64,000 bases of DNA from Deltaproteobacteria bacterium. Lineage in GTDB: Bacteria > Desulfobacterota > Binatia > UBA9968 > JAJDTQ01. Positions 1 to 9,062 of this stretch are shown here, piece by piece. The notes under the pieces are model-generated. The model saw nothing but the letters and a program-made list of their open reading frames with translations. It was not told where the DNA came from and made no database searches. The DNA is taken from positions 104-64,103 of the forward strand of contig JAPPNF010000051.1 in NCBI GenBank assembly GCA_028818755.1. Reading direction: 5' to 3'. The position numbers were made by a program, and so were the translations under genes. Positions within the stretch are counted from its first letter, which is position 1; the number at the start of each line of letters is the position of its first letter.

Positions 1-98
1 AACGTTGCCCCGGCCTCATTGAAGCGAGTCCTACGGCGATGATGAAGAGGCTGATGACTGGGATTCCGGGGCAACGTTGCCCCGGCCTCATTGAAGCG
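1..98 (+). CRISPR. Last two repeats of a CRISPR-like array that continues off the left edge of the window
   Basis: AACGTTGCCCCGGCCTCATTGAAGCG is identical at 1-26 and 73-98. The 72-nt period fits a ~37-nt repeat plus a ~35-nt spacer. The repeat contains the palindrome GGGGCAACGTTGCCCC and ends in ATTGAAGCG, like the ATTGAAAC/G 3' handle of many type I/III repeats. No third copy is present at the expected ~145-170. Fewer than two full units are visible. Confidence 0.5.
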
Positions 99-382
99 TG
101 GGTATCCCGCTCCCGGCCGTCTCCGGGGTACGCGACACGCGCAGTCATTACCGCACTGCGTGTGCGGTAGGGAAATCGTGAACTTCCGGATGTCTACTTG
201 GCCCGAGCCCGTGATCGTCCCCCGAGGCCGAGCGGGTACGCGCCGGAGCGAACGAATCCCCGGCGCTTCGTCGCTCTCCTGGAAGCCTATGACAACGCGG
301 ACGTCGCTCAACCGACATCGAAGGAGTTCTCCGGCTAGGCCCGGCGGATCGGCAAAATGACTCGACAGGGGGCTCTCGAGGG

Positions 383-574
383 TTAACTGTATCTGTGCAG
401 TTCTTCGACCCGACCGGCAATATCTTCCAGTTCCTCTGCGAAACCGACTAGCTTCATCTCGTTCCTTGTACCACGGCGCAGATCTCCCGCCAACTTTCGT
501 GCGCGTACCGCCTGCTCTCCAAGCTTGCGCGCCATGTCAGCGATCTCGTTTCGATGTTCGTCCGAAAGGGTCAT
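383..574 (-). CDS. Small hypothetical helical protein (63 aa)
   Basis: ORF only. The product is charged and helical-looking (MTLSDEHRNEIADMARKLGEQAVRARKLAG...). No recognisable family. Confidence 0.25.
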   Translation of the reverse strand: MTLSDEHRNEIADMARKLGEQAVRARKLAGDLRRGTRNEMKLVGFAEELEDIAGRVEELHRYS

Positions 575-1154
575 CTTCTGCCTCCTCTGTCTATACTAGG
601 CTCTGCGATTGCGCGTTCTGTTCGCAGGCCGCCGCCGGTGTATTCGCCAAAAGGGGTGCCCGTGGGTTAGGGGCTATGGCAGAGCGGCATCGACAGTTCT
701 CCGAATGAATGATGAAATTCTCCAACTATCTGACGACTATCGCGCTGGACCAGTAACCCAGCAACCTGTGAAATCCCTTAGTTCGACCGTTGGCTTCCCT
801 CCGGGGCTTCCTTCAACGCGCCGGCAGGAGCCGTGGTCCGTCCGCCACGGCCGACGTCACGCTACCCCAAAACACTCGGCATCGCACACCTCCCTGACGC
901 TCCGAGCCGGAACGCGGACTTTCGCTTGCGTCCCCGCTGGATGCGCCGCCAACCCACGTCTTGTCTTCGAACCCGAGCACAAACCGTCGTTCGCCCTGTA
1001 CACCATTCGCGTAATGTTAACATGCGAATGTTGACGCCAAGTATCCCGGAGCAGCCACGCAACGGTGTTGTAGCGCAGGAAGAGCATTGAGGTGGTCCCG
1101 GAAAATCGGACAGGTTGCTAAGGTGTATTCCACCGAGAGAGGGAGGGATACGCA

Positions 1155-1436
1155 ATGAGCACAAGACGACGGTTCAGCGGAGACTTCAAGGCGAAGGTGG
1201 CCCTGGAGGCACTGCGGGGGGACAAGACGATCCAGGAGATCGCTGTGCGGCACAAGATTCACCCTAACCAGGTGAGCACCTGGAAGCAGCGTGCGGTGGA
1301 GGGGATGAAGGAGGTGTTCTCAAAGGGGGCGGAGCGGGGTCGTGGGGAGCACGAGGCGGAGATCCGGGACCTGCACGCGAAGATCGGGGAGTTGACCGTG
1401 GAGCGGGATTTTTTGGCCAAAGGGCTCAAGTGGTGA
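1155..1436 (+). CDS. IS3-family transposase OrfA (HTH / leucine-zipper part)
   Basis: MSTRRRFSGDFKAKVALEALRGDKTIQEIAVRHKIHPNQVSTWKQ... is the typical IS3/IS2-type InsE-like N-terminal protein. Confidence 0.9.
   Translation: MSTRRRFSGDFKAKVALEALRGDKTIQEIAVRHKIHPNQVSTWKQRAVEGMKEVFSKGAERGRGEHEAEIRDLHAKIGELTVERDFLAKGLKW
1409..1415 (+). promoter_or_regulatory. Programmed -1 ribosomal frameshift heptamer T TTT TTG for the OrfAB fusion
   Basis: In the orfA frame the codons are gaT TTT TTG. orfB lies in the -1 frame and overlaps the orfA end (1430 vs 1436). This is the classical IS3-family arrangement. Confidence 0.6.
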
Positions 1437-2350
1437 GCGGGGAGGAGCGTCGGGCGATGATCAAGCCCGGCCATCCCAAGCTCAGCTTGAGCCGTCAATG
1501 CCGGCTGCTTCGAGTGAGTCGATCTTCGGTGTACCACAGGCCCAAGGGCGAGAGCGCGGAGAACTTGGCGCTGATGCGCCGGATCGACAAGCTGTTCCTG
1601 GAGTGCCCCTTCTACGGCAGCCGCCATCTGTGGCGGGAAGGCGCCTGTGTGGGACGGCACCGGGTGCGGCGTCTGATGCGCTTGATGGGGCTTGAGGCCA
1701 TCTACCAGGCGCCGCGGACCACCCAGCCGCACCCCGAGCACCGGGTCTACCCCTATCGGCTCAAGGGAGTGGCCATCGAGAGGCCCAATCACGCGTGGTG
1801 CGCGGACATCACCTACATCCCCGTCCAGAAGGGCTTTCTGTACCTGGTGGCGGTCATGGACTGGGCCACCCGCCGGGTGCTCTCCTGGAGGCTGTCGAAC
1901 ACCCTTGATGCACGTTTCTGCACCGACGCCCTCTCAGAAGCCCTCCAGCGCTACGGCCGCCCCGAGATCTTCAACTCAGACCAGGGCAGCCAGTTCACCA
2001 GTCTGGAGTTCACCTCCGTGCTCAAGGACTCTGGCGTCGCCATCTCCATGGACGGCAGGGGCCGGTGCATGGACAACATCTTCATCGAGCGCTTGTGGCG
2101 CTCGCTGAAGTACGAGGCCGTCTACCTGCACGAGATCTCGGACGGCTTCCAGGCCCAGCGCCTGATCTCAAGCTGGTTCGCCTTTTATGACCGGGCGCGC
2201 CCTCACTCTGCCTTGGGCGGCTCTACCCCGGCTGAAGCCTACGAAAAGGGAATACTGACGCAGAGGCCGGCCCAGCGCCGCGGCGCGCCTGCCTCTCTGC
2301 CAGCTCTACCGGAACAGCAGGACCTGTTAAACAGGACCCTGGCGGCATGA
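1430..2350 (+). CDS. IS3-family transposase OrfB (DDE/rve integrase core), probably made as an OrfAB frameshift fusion
   Basis: HAWCADITYIP...YLVAVMDWATRRVLSWRLS...FNSDQGSQFTS...MDNIFIERLWRSLKYE matches the retroviral-integrase-type DDE core of IS3 transposases. Confidence 0.9.
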   Translation: MVSGEERRAMIKPGHPKLSLSRQCRLLRVSRSSVYHRPKGESAENLALMRRIDKLFLECPFYGSRHLWREGACVGRHRVRRLMRLMGLEAIYQAPRTTQPHPEHRVYPYRLKGVAIERPNHAWCADITYIPVQKGFLYLVAVMDWATRRVLSWRLSNTLDARFCTDALSEALQRYGRPEIFNSDQGSQFTSLEFTSVLKDSGVAISMDGRGRCMDNIFIERLWRSLKYEAVYLHEISDGFQAQRLISSWFAFYDRARPHSALGGSTPAEAYEKGILTQRPAQRRGAPASLPALPEQQDLLNRTLAA

Positions 2351-2539
2351 CCCACTACCACTACCAGGAATACACCTTATTTCTGCCGCCCAACTGTCCA
2401 ACGAAGTGGGACCACCTCACATCTAGGGCGTGACCTGCTCCCTTCGCCGCGCCCCCGGGGGAGTTGATTCGCGAGCGAGTTCGTTGTAATCTACGCTTCG
2501 GTTGCCGCCGCAGCGACCCGCGTGATTCGGAGGAGTGTC

Positions 2540-3436
2540 ATGCTGAAACTGCCGAACGTGCTGCCGTCCGCCGCGACGGTCGAAGCATCGGGATTGATTG
2601 CCGAGACGTTGCCGGCCTCGACGCCGGCGAGCTGCGATCCCGTCGCGGCCCTGCTGCCGGCTAATCATCCGGGTCGAGGCAAAGGGAGGCCGGGCTTGAA
2701 AAGCCTTTTCGGCGTGCTCGCATTATCCGGATGGATCGGTGTCAGCGTCAGCAGCATGGAAATTGCAATGGCAGGAGAAGCCGGAATTGCAACGCGCTGC
2801 GTGCAGATCACAACAAAAGTTACCGAAGAAAGCCATAGAGCCGATCACTGCCCGAACGAGCGCGTACAAATTGTACGACACACTTTCAAGAATACCTGCG
2901 ACAAAGAAATTATTGTGATGACAAGGAGGAATATAATTGCCGAATATCAGTACAACACTTTGCCGCGCCGTAGTCAGCCTCGCACTGTAACATCAAGAAT
3001 TAGTGATGAAGTTCTCCCTGCTGGGGCAACGTCTAAGGAAAATCATGATCTGTGCACAGAAGCTAAACTTGATGGCTCAAATTTTTCTTACATTCTTCCC
3101 GGAAATTCACCTGAACAAATTATTGCGTGTGCGCAATATGCTAAACAAAGTGACTTAGACATTGACAAATACATTAGCACTAGATTGTCAAATTCACCCT
3201 GCTACGCGGCAATAACGAAAAATCCTCCTGACGGCTATACGGACATTCTCCCGTTTGCCATGTATAGCATTCATCGAGTCCATAGCTGGTATGATCTTGG
3301 TCGCACGGGGGGGCAGTGGATCCCTGAAAAGGACGAATATGTAGGATTTGCAAGCGACGACTTTCGCTTTATCAGCGAGGAATACAAAGCGAGACCGTTA
3401 TCCGAGCTTCCGGCCCCCACTAAAGACGCGGAATGA
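2540..3436 (+). CDS. Hypothetical protein encoded mostly by low-GC foreign-looking DNA
   Basis: ATG at 2540 is preceded by GGAGGAG. A hydrophobic segment (LFGVLALSGWIGVSVSS) is followed by a Cys-containing domain with no family I recognise. From ~2750 to 3420 composition drops sharply (line 3061-3120 counted at 21/60 G+C). Confidence 0.4.
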   Translation: MLKLPNVLPSAATVEASGLIAETLPASTPASCDPVAALLPANHPGRGKGRPGLKSLFGVLALSGWIGVSVSSMEIAMAGEAGIATRCVQITTKVTEESHRADHCPNERVQIVRHTFKNTCDKEIIVMTRRNIIAEYQYNTLPRRSQPRTVTSRISDEVLPAGATSKENHDLCTEAKLDGSNFSYILPGNSPEQIIACAQYAKQSDLDIDKYISTRLSNSPCYAAITKNPPDGYTDILPFAMYSIHRVHSWYDLGRTGGQWIPEKDEYVGFASDDFRFISEEYKARPLSELPAPTKDAE

Positions 3437-3499
3437 TGACGGTGCCGCATCCTGGGGCGAAGCCTACCCTACGACGCGTTCTGGAACGCAGCGGCCTAG

Positions 3500-3992
3500 A
3501 TATCGACGACAAGCGCGTGTCGGTCTCGGCTGTATCGAGCCCACGCAACAAACCAACGACAAGCAACAGGTCGGACCGACTCTGGCAGGACTGAAGCAGG
3601 TGCAGGATGCCTTGGGCAAGCCCGAAGGCTTGTTGGCCGATGCGGGCTACTTCAGTGAGGACAACGTAAAGCTTTGTGAAGGGGATGAGTTGACGCCCTA
3701 TATCCCGGACCGCCGCCAGAAGCACTATCCGCCTTTGGTCGAAAGGCTCCACCCACCGCCGCCATCCGACTCAACCGATGCCACCGCCGCCATGGCCAAC
3801 CGCTTGCGAACCCCAGAGGGTAAAGCCCTGTATGCCAGACGCAAAGCCACCGTCGAGACCGTGTTCGGGGTCATCAAGCGGGTCATGGGCTTCCGACAGT
3901 TTCACCTGGGCGGCTTCGAAGCCGCCCAGGGCGAGTGGAATCTCGTGTGCATGGCGTGGAATCTCAAGCGTATGTTCGCCTTGTCCGCCTGA
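3500..3992 (+). pseudogene. 5'-truncated DDE transposase of the IS4/IS5/IS1182 superfamily (C-terminal half only)
   Basis: ...TNDKQQVGPTLAGL...LLADAGYFSEDNV...YARRKATVETVFGVIKRVMGFRQFHLGGFEAAQGEWNLVCMAWNLKRM is the conserved C-terminal part of these transposases. The N-terminal half is missing and homology starts right after the low-GC segment. Confidence 0.7.
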
Positions 3993-4249
3993 GATAGCAC
4001 GCACATCCACTGAGTTCGGAGTCGAGGAAAGCATGAACGGGTGACCGCAGGGCGTAGAAGACCCGACAACGCTCCTGTCAAGGTTCCGGGCCTTCCGAGC
4101 ATGTCCGTCTTCACATCCTCCGGTTGGCCAATCCGACAGACTCCTAGTGAGAAAAAAGGTGATCACCCCCAGGGAGAGCTTGCAAGATCTCCCATTTCGC
4201 ATCTGCGGCGGCTCCAGCAACTCCCGCGGCTGGTTGCCAGCGTCTGACG

Positions 4250-4567
4250 CTAGGCCCGGCTCGCAGTCCTCTCGATTACGGTCTGAAGCGCGGCTGTCTG
4301 CTGTTGCATGCCCTGGACGACGGCCCGGAGCGCTTCGGCCTGACTGTCCAACGCCCGCATGGCCTCGGCGTGGCGGGTATCCTCGCGCTTCTCGCGGGCT
4401 TCGTCCGTCTTGGTGAGCGCGGCCATGACCTCGCGGTGACGCCGGTTCTCACGTTCCTCGCGCTGGTCCCCAGCCCGACGCATTTGCCGAATGCCGTTCC
4501 ATACGAGCGCAACACCGGTGGCCGCGACTGCGAGTTGTCCTACTGCGATCCATTCCCCTGGCGTCAT
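4250..4567 (-). CDS. Small N-terminally membrane-anchored coiled-coil protein (105 aa)
   Basis: The internal ATG at 4567 gives MTPGEWIAVGQLAVAATGVALVWNG (TM) followed by a charged helical region. Function unknown. Confidence 0.4.
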   Translation of the reverse strand: MTPGEWIAVGQLAVAATGVALVWNGIRQMRRAGDQREERENRRHREVMAALTKTDEAREKREDTRHAEAMRALDSQAEALRAVVQGMQQQTAALQTVIERTASRA

Positions 4568-4760
4568 GTTGTGGCTCTCTTCCTTTCCTTTGATACCGAT
4601 AAGGCTAAACGGCAACCATTGAAAGTATACCGCAACAGACAAGACCTTGACATAGCCAGAGTTTTCCAACAACGAGACATGACCCTGAAGGAGGAGGTGG
4701 AATCCTGTCTCAAGCCGGAACAGCGGGGCCTGTGCATCACGGAGGTGGTCTGAGCCGGCA

Positions 4761-4964
4761 TCAACCGGCGTCTGCGACCTTAAACCCGGTCACGTTGCGC
4801 GTCTGTCGGCTGAACTCGAAGGCGACCAGGTGGATGGCGTGAGACGTTCCGATAGCGGTCTCATAGCCCTTCGTCTGCAACTGGGCCATGACTGAACCCG
4901 GCGGCGACCACTCGACCACCTTGAACTCGAACGGACAGACGCGACCGTTAAACCGCACGGCCAT
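4761..4964 (-). pseudogene. Possible C-terminal remnant of a PD-(D/E)XK (PDDEXK_9-like) protein
   Basis: The 67-aa ORF contains FEFKVVEW...QLQTKGYETAIG...IHLVAFEFS, which resembles the end of AAA-ATPase-like/PDDEXK_9 proteins. Too short to be complete. Weak call. Confidence 0.25.
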
Positions 4965-5090
4965 GTCCAGACCCGCGCCCGGTCTTGCTGATCCGGAGCG
5001 TCAGTCCATGGACCTCAAGGTCGACGTTGGACATCCTGACGCTACCGACGTCTTAGTTAGGCGGGTTTGCTTGGAGTCTGTCAGGCAGAC

Positions 5091-6266
5091 TCACAGGATG
5101 TCGGCCGCGATGCTGTTGGCGACCCGCATCGCCGCCTCGTGCATGGAGTCTCGCGCCAGATGTGCATACCGCGCCGTGGTCTCCACATGGGCATGGCCCA
5201 GGAGCTTCCCGATCACGGGCAGGCTCTCCCCGAGCGCCAGAGCGCGTGAGGCGAACGAGTGGCGGCAGTCGTGAAGCCTGACATCTCCCAAGCCCGCCCG
5301 CTCGCGGACGGCGCACCATTGACGGTCGATGAAACACAGCCTTTGGCCCTTCTTTCGGCCCTGTATCACCCAAGGGTTGCCCTCGGGGCGCGGAATGCCC
5401 GCGAGCACCCTCGCGGCCTCGGGCGACAGCGACACCGTTCGGGCGCCCGTCTTGGTGTCGGCGAGATGCAACTCCGTGGCTTCGAGGTCCACGTCCTTCC
5501 AGCGTAGCGTCAGGATCTCGTTCTTCCGGCATCCGGTCAGCATCAGGAGTCGGATCGCCGCCGCTGCATGCACGGAGATGGCGCCGCTCGCCTCTGCCTC
5601 CCCCAGCGCACGCCCAAGCCGGCGGAACTCGGCCGCCGTCAGAAACCGCTCCCGCCGCTGCTCGCGGTACTTCATCCGGCGCGGGCACGGGTTGCTCCCC
5701 CCCGGCATCAACCCCCACGCCTCGGCCATGTTGAACATCCGCGAGAGCAGGGCCAGCGTCCGGTTCGCCATCACCGGCGTCGCCCGCATCGCGTAGTGCA
5801 ACTCGCGCACATCCTCCCGCCGTACGGACTTGATCGGCAACTTCCCCAGCGCCGGCACGATGCGCTTCTCAGCTCTTCGGCGGTACGCCCTCAAGGTGCT
5901 CGGCTTGCAGTGCTCCTCCGCGTACTCCTTGAGATACCGCTCGACAAGCTCGGCGACCGTCGGTCCATCCGCGCGCTTCGCTGCCAACGGCTCCGGCACA
6001 GCCTCCTCGCCCGCCTTGATCCGCGCGATGATCAGCGCCGCGCGCCGCCGCGCCTCCTCCGGCGTGATCACCCCGTGTCGGCCCACCGTAAGCCGCTTCC
6101 CCGAGCCCCGCGCGCGGGTCTGCACCACGTAGTATTTCGCGCCGGTAGGGTAGACCCTGACGCCGAAGCCCGGCTGCTCCGAGTCCCAGAACACCGTGTC
6201 CTTGTCCACCTTCAGCGCCTCCACCGTGCGCCTTGATATCGACCTCGTCCCGAGCTTCGCCATCAC
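5091..6266 (-). CDS. Tyrosine recombinase / phage-type integrase with DUF4102-type arm-binding N-terminus (P4-like)
   Basis: N-terminus ...FWDSEQPGFGVRVYPTGAKYYVVQTR. C-terminal catalytic region LMLTGCRKNEILTLRW...HDCRHSFASRAL...LLGHAHVETTARYAHL (R..HxxR..Y). Confidence 0.9.
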   Translation of the reverse strand: MMAKLGTRSISRRTVEALKVDKDTVFWDSEQPGFGVRVYPTGAKYYVVQTRARGSGKRLTVGRHGVITPEEARRRAALIIARIKAGEEAVPEPLAAKRADGPTVAELVERYLKEYAEEHCKPSTLRAYRRRAEKRIVPALGKLPIKSVRREDVRELHYAMRATPVMANRTLALLSRMFNMAEAWGLMPGGSNPCPRRMKYREQRRERFLTAAEFRRLGRALGEAEASGAISVHAAAAIRLLMLTGCRKNEILTLRWKDVDLEATELHLADTKTGARTVSLSPEAARVLAGIPRPEGNPWVIQGRKKGQRLCFIDRQWCAVRERAGLGDVRLHDCRHSFASRALALGESLPVIGKLLGHAHVETTARYAHLARDSMHEAAMRVANSIAADIL

Positions 6267-6282
6267 GCTCCCCGATCCCGCC

Positions 6283-7467
6283 TCAGGCGGCGTCCGCGTC
6301 CGGCCCCAGTATGTCGGCGCCGATGCTGCCGCCTACCTTCGCCGCCGACGCCTTCTCGGTGTCCCGCGCCAGATGCGCGTAACGCGCGGTCGTCGCCACC
6401 TGCCCGTGACCCATCAGCTTTCCGATCATGCTCAGACTCTCGCCCAGCGCCAACGCTCGGCTCGCCCAGCTGTGCCGAAGATCGTGAATCCGCACGTCCT
6501 CGAGCCCTGCCTTCGCGCGAAGGCGAATCCAAACCGCGTCCACGTTGACCATGTGCGCGCCGCCCTTCTTGCCCGCGATCACCCAGGGGTTGTCGCCGTT
6601 CCGGGGAATCCTGTCCAGCACCGCCTCCACCGCCGGGGTCAGCGGAACGCTCCGCGGTCCCGTCTTCGTCTCGCTCAACCTCAACTCCCGCGCCACGCGG
6701 TCCACGTCGTCCCACCGCAGCCGCACGATCTCGTTCTTCCGGCATCCCGTCAGCATCAGCAGGCGGAGCGCGGCAGCCGCCGGGGGACTCACCGAACCGT
6801 TGGCCTCCGCCTCCTTCAGCACTCGGCCCACCTCCCGGTACTCCCCGGGCGTGAGGAACCGCTCCCGCCGGACTTCCCTGTACCGGCGCACCGCCCGGCA
6901 CGGGTTCCGGCCCGGAGGCGCGAGCTCCCACGCCTCGGCCATCGAGAACATCCGCGACAGGATCCTGACCGCGTTGTTCGCCGCCTGCGGCGTCTCGCGC
7001 AGCCCGTAGTGGAACTTCGCGACCCGCGACCGGTCCACCTCGCTTATGGACAGTTCGCCGAGTTCAGGCAGGATATGAGCCTCGATCACGTAACGGTAGT
7101 TGACCTGCGTCCTCTTCCGGCAGTTGACCGCCACGTGGCCCTGCATGTAGCGTTCCGCCAGACCCGCCACCGTGAGTTCCGGCTCCACCGGTTCCGGAAA
7201 CGGCTCCAGGCCCCGCTTGATGCGGTCGATCGCCTCCGCGGCCTGCTTGCGGGCGTCGTCCGCCAGCAGTTGGCCGCAACGCCCGAGGGTGACGCGTTTC
7301 GGACCCTGCGGGCCGCGCGTCTGGACCACGAAAACCTTGCGGCCGGTGGAGTAGACCCTTACGCCGAACCCCTGAAGGTCCCTGTCCCAGTGGACGGCGT
7401 CCTTGCCCGTTGCCGCCAGGGCGTCGATGGTGCGCTTGGTGAGTTTCCGGTCGCTCTTCGTCGACAT
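6283..7467 (-). CDS. Second tyrosine recombinase, tandem paralogue of 5091-6266
   Basis: Same architecture: ...HWDRDLQGFGVRVYSTGRKVFVVQTR..., LMLTGCRKNEIVRLRW, HDLRHSWASRAL, LMGHGQVATTARYAHL. Separated from the downstream integrase gene by only 16 nt. Confidence 0.9.
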   Translation of the reverse strand: MSTKSDRKLTKRTIDALAATGKDAVHWDRDLQGFGVRVYSTGRKVFVVQTRGPQGPKRVTLGRCGQLLADDARKQAAEAIDRIKRGLEPFPEPVEPELTVAGLAERYMQGHVAVNCRKRTQVNYRYVIEAHILPELGELSISEVDRSRVAKFHYGLRETPQAANNAVRILSRMFSMAEAWELAPPGRNPCRAVRRYREVRRERFLTPGEYREVGRVLKEAEANGSVSPPAAAALRLLMLTGCRKNEIVRLRWDDVDRVARELRLSETKTGPRSVPLTPAVEAVLDRIPRNGDNPWVIAGKKGGAHMVNVDAVWIRLRAKAGLEDVRIHDLRHSWASRALALGESLSMIGKLMGHGQVATTARYAHLARDTEKASAAKVGGSIGADILGPDADAA

Positions 7468-7759
7468 CGCATGACTCCTGTTTTCTGCTTGCTACTTTGG
7501 CATTCGATCATTTGCCCGATGCCGTGGTCGGGACAGAGACGTTTACGCATTCTGCCAAGGCCACATACGGACAGGCTCGGCGGTTCCCTTACCCACCGAC
7601 ATTACACTTTGACTGAACGAGCACCGTAGGTCACAGTAGTTTGTTTTATTGTTCTCGTGTTTCCTCCGGCACGCTTTCGTAATCGAACCGCAAGCGACTG
7701 GAATCAAATCCAGGAGTATTGAAGCGCATCTACGACGCGAATACAAGTGCTCCTATTTA

Positions 7760-7778
7760 CTTATAACTAGCTAATATA
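7760..7778. repeat. Left copy of the 19-bp direct repeat CTTATAACTAGCTAATATA
   Basis: Exact second copy at 9063-9081. AT-rich within a GC-rich background. Confidence 0.8.
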
Positions 7779-7831
7779 CAACAAGTTATCACTATCCTGC
7801 GCAAATCGGCGCGCATCTGTCAATCCATAGA

Positions 7832-8302
7832 CTAGGTACCGTGCCAGAAGGTGGCGACCACCGTCTTCTGATCGCCGGCGTGGACCATCGCCCCGGTCGT
7901 CCCGTCCTGCATCCGCGTCAGGATCGCGTTCTTCTCGACCCAGTTCAGCGTCGTCCTCACCGCCCGGTCATGCGTTTCTACGATGCGCTCGTCCCCGCCG
8001 ACCATCGCCAGGAGCGACACCGACTTGGGCGCGGACATGGTCACGTCCCGGCCGGGGCGGTGCTCGATCTCCCCCTCCTTGCCGCGCCTGCCGAGATGCG
8101 GACCGTCCGGCACCTTGCCCTCCAGGATCGCCTGGAAGGTGTCGGGATCGACCGGACCGGAGAGCCCAAGCGCCTCCGCTCCCTTGCCCGCCCAGGCGCT
8201 CGCCTCGAGGTGCGCAGGATCATCCTTGGCGTAGTAGCCGTCGCGCTGGTAGTAGCTGACACCCTGCGAAGGCGAGGCCACCACGCCAATGGAGGCTACC
8301 AT
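7832..8302 (-). pseudogene. N-terminal stump (~157 aa) of a MobF/TrwC-TraI family conjugative relaxase
   Basis: MVASIG...YYQRDGYYAKDD...AWAGKGAEALGLSGPVDPDTFQAILEG...DVTMSAPKSVSLLAMVGGDERIVETHDRAV...VVATFWHGT* aligns with the TrwC N-terminus. It stops at the position of the conserved FRHxTSR motif. Full-length relaxases are several-fold longer. Confidence 0.8.
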
Positions 8303-8514
8303 CCATTGCGCCCTCCGGAGGGCGCGTACTTGCGGCGTTTGTGACGGTCCATGATGCCCACATAGGGGGTTTCCAGGACGAGAACAAGTCGCGAATCCAC
8401 GGTTCCGCATCCCTATCACCGCATGGCGATGATTGTCTTTATCGCAGGAGCGGAGACCCCGGCGGAGGCTAGATTGTCCTTGTGCCCTGCCGATGGGGTT
8501 GTTATGATCGGACC

Positions 8515-8940
8515 ATGGCCGAGGCCATAGCCTTCGACACTCATCGTTTCGTCAAGCGTCTGACCGAGAGCGGCTTCACCGAGAAGCAGGCCGAGACCCT
8601 CGCCGAAGAGCACGTCGCCCTCCTCAACACCAACCTCGCGACCAAGACGGATATCGCCGCCGTCACGGCCGACATCGACGCCCTGCGGCAGGAAACCAAG
8701 GCGGATATCGCTGCCATCACGGCCGACATCGACGCCCTGCGGCAGGAAACTCAAGCAGGCATCGAAGCCTTGCGGCAGGAAACCAGGGCAGATATCGCTA
8801 GGGTTGAGGCCGGTATGGAAGCCCTCCGACACGAAACCAAAGCAGCCATCGAGACGGTGAAGGCCGAGCTCGTGAAATGGCTGTTCGGCGCGCTGATCGC
8901 CCAGGGCGGCCTGATCGTCGCGCTCGTCAAACTTCTCTAA
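8515..8940 (+). CDS. DUF1640-type coiled-coil protein with C-terminal TM anchor
   Basis: MAEAIAFDTHRFVKRLTESGFTEKQAETLAEEHVALL..., repeated LRQET heptad region, and C-terminal WLFGALIAQGGLIVALVKLL. Confidence 0.7.
   Translation: MAEAIAFDTHRFVKRLTESGFTEKQAETLAEEHVALLNTNLATKTDIAAVTADIDALRQETKADIAAITADIDALRQETQAGIEALRQETRADIARVEAGMEALRHETKAAIETVKAELVKWLFGALIAQGGLIVALVKLL
8650..8757 (+). repeat. Two tandem 54-bp units inside the DUF1640 CDS
   Basis: GATATCGCCGCCGTCACGGCCGACATCGACGCCCTGCGGCAGGAAACCAAGGCG is followed by a near-identical copy, encoding DIAAVTADIDALRQETKA / DIAAITADIDALRQETQA. Confidence 0.85.
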
Positions 8941-9062
8941 CCGCACGCGTCTTTCAAAAGTTGCCGAGGTTCGCGATTCCGCGCCGTGAGGCGACGCGCG
9001 GTTCTGCCCCATCTCCGTGTTGACATAGTGTTGATTTAGGTTTGATCATGACTGGCGCTATC

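Larger units (their letters stand above)
1088..2419 (+). mobile_element. Intact IS3-family insertion sequence (1332 bp)
   Basis: Imperfect terminal inverted repeats: TGAGGTGGTCCC...GGACAG...AAGGTGTATTCC at 1088 onward, and its reverse complement ending at 2419. CAT is present on both flanks (1085-1087 and 2420-2422), consistent with a 3-bp target-site duplication. It contains an overlapping orfA/orfB pair. Confidence 0.9.

Noticed and set aside
6196-7629. 477-aa plus-strand ORF and other overlapping ORFs (5053-5718, 6263-6931) across the integrase genes.
   Set aside because: They are antisense or out of frame relative to two well-supported integrase CDSs. Their composition is Arg/Pro-rich and they carry no motifs.
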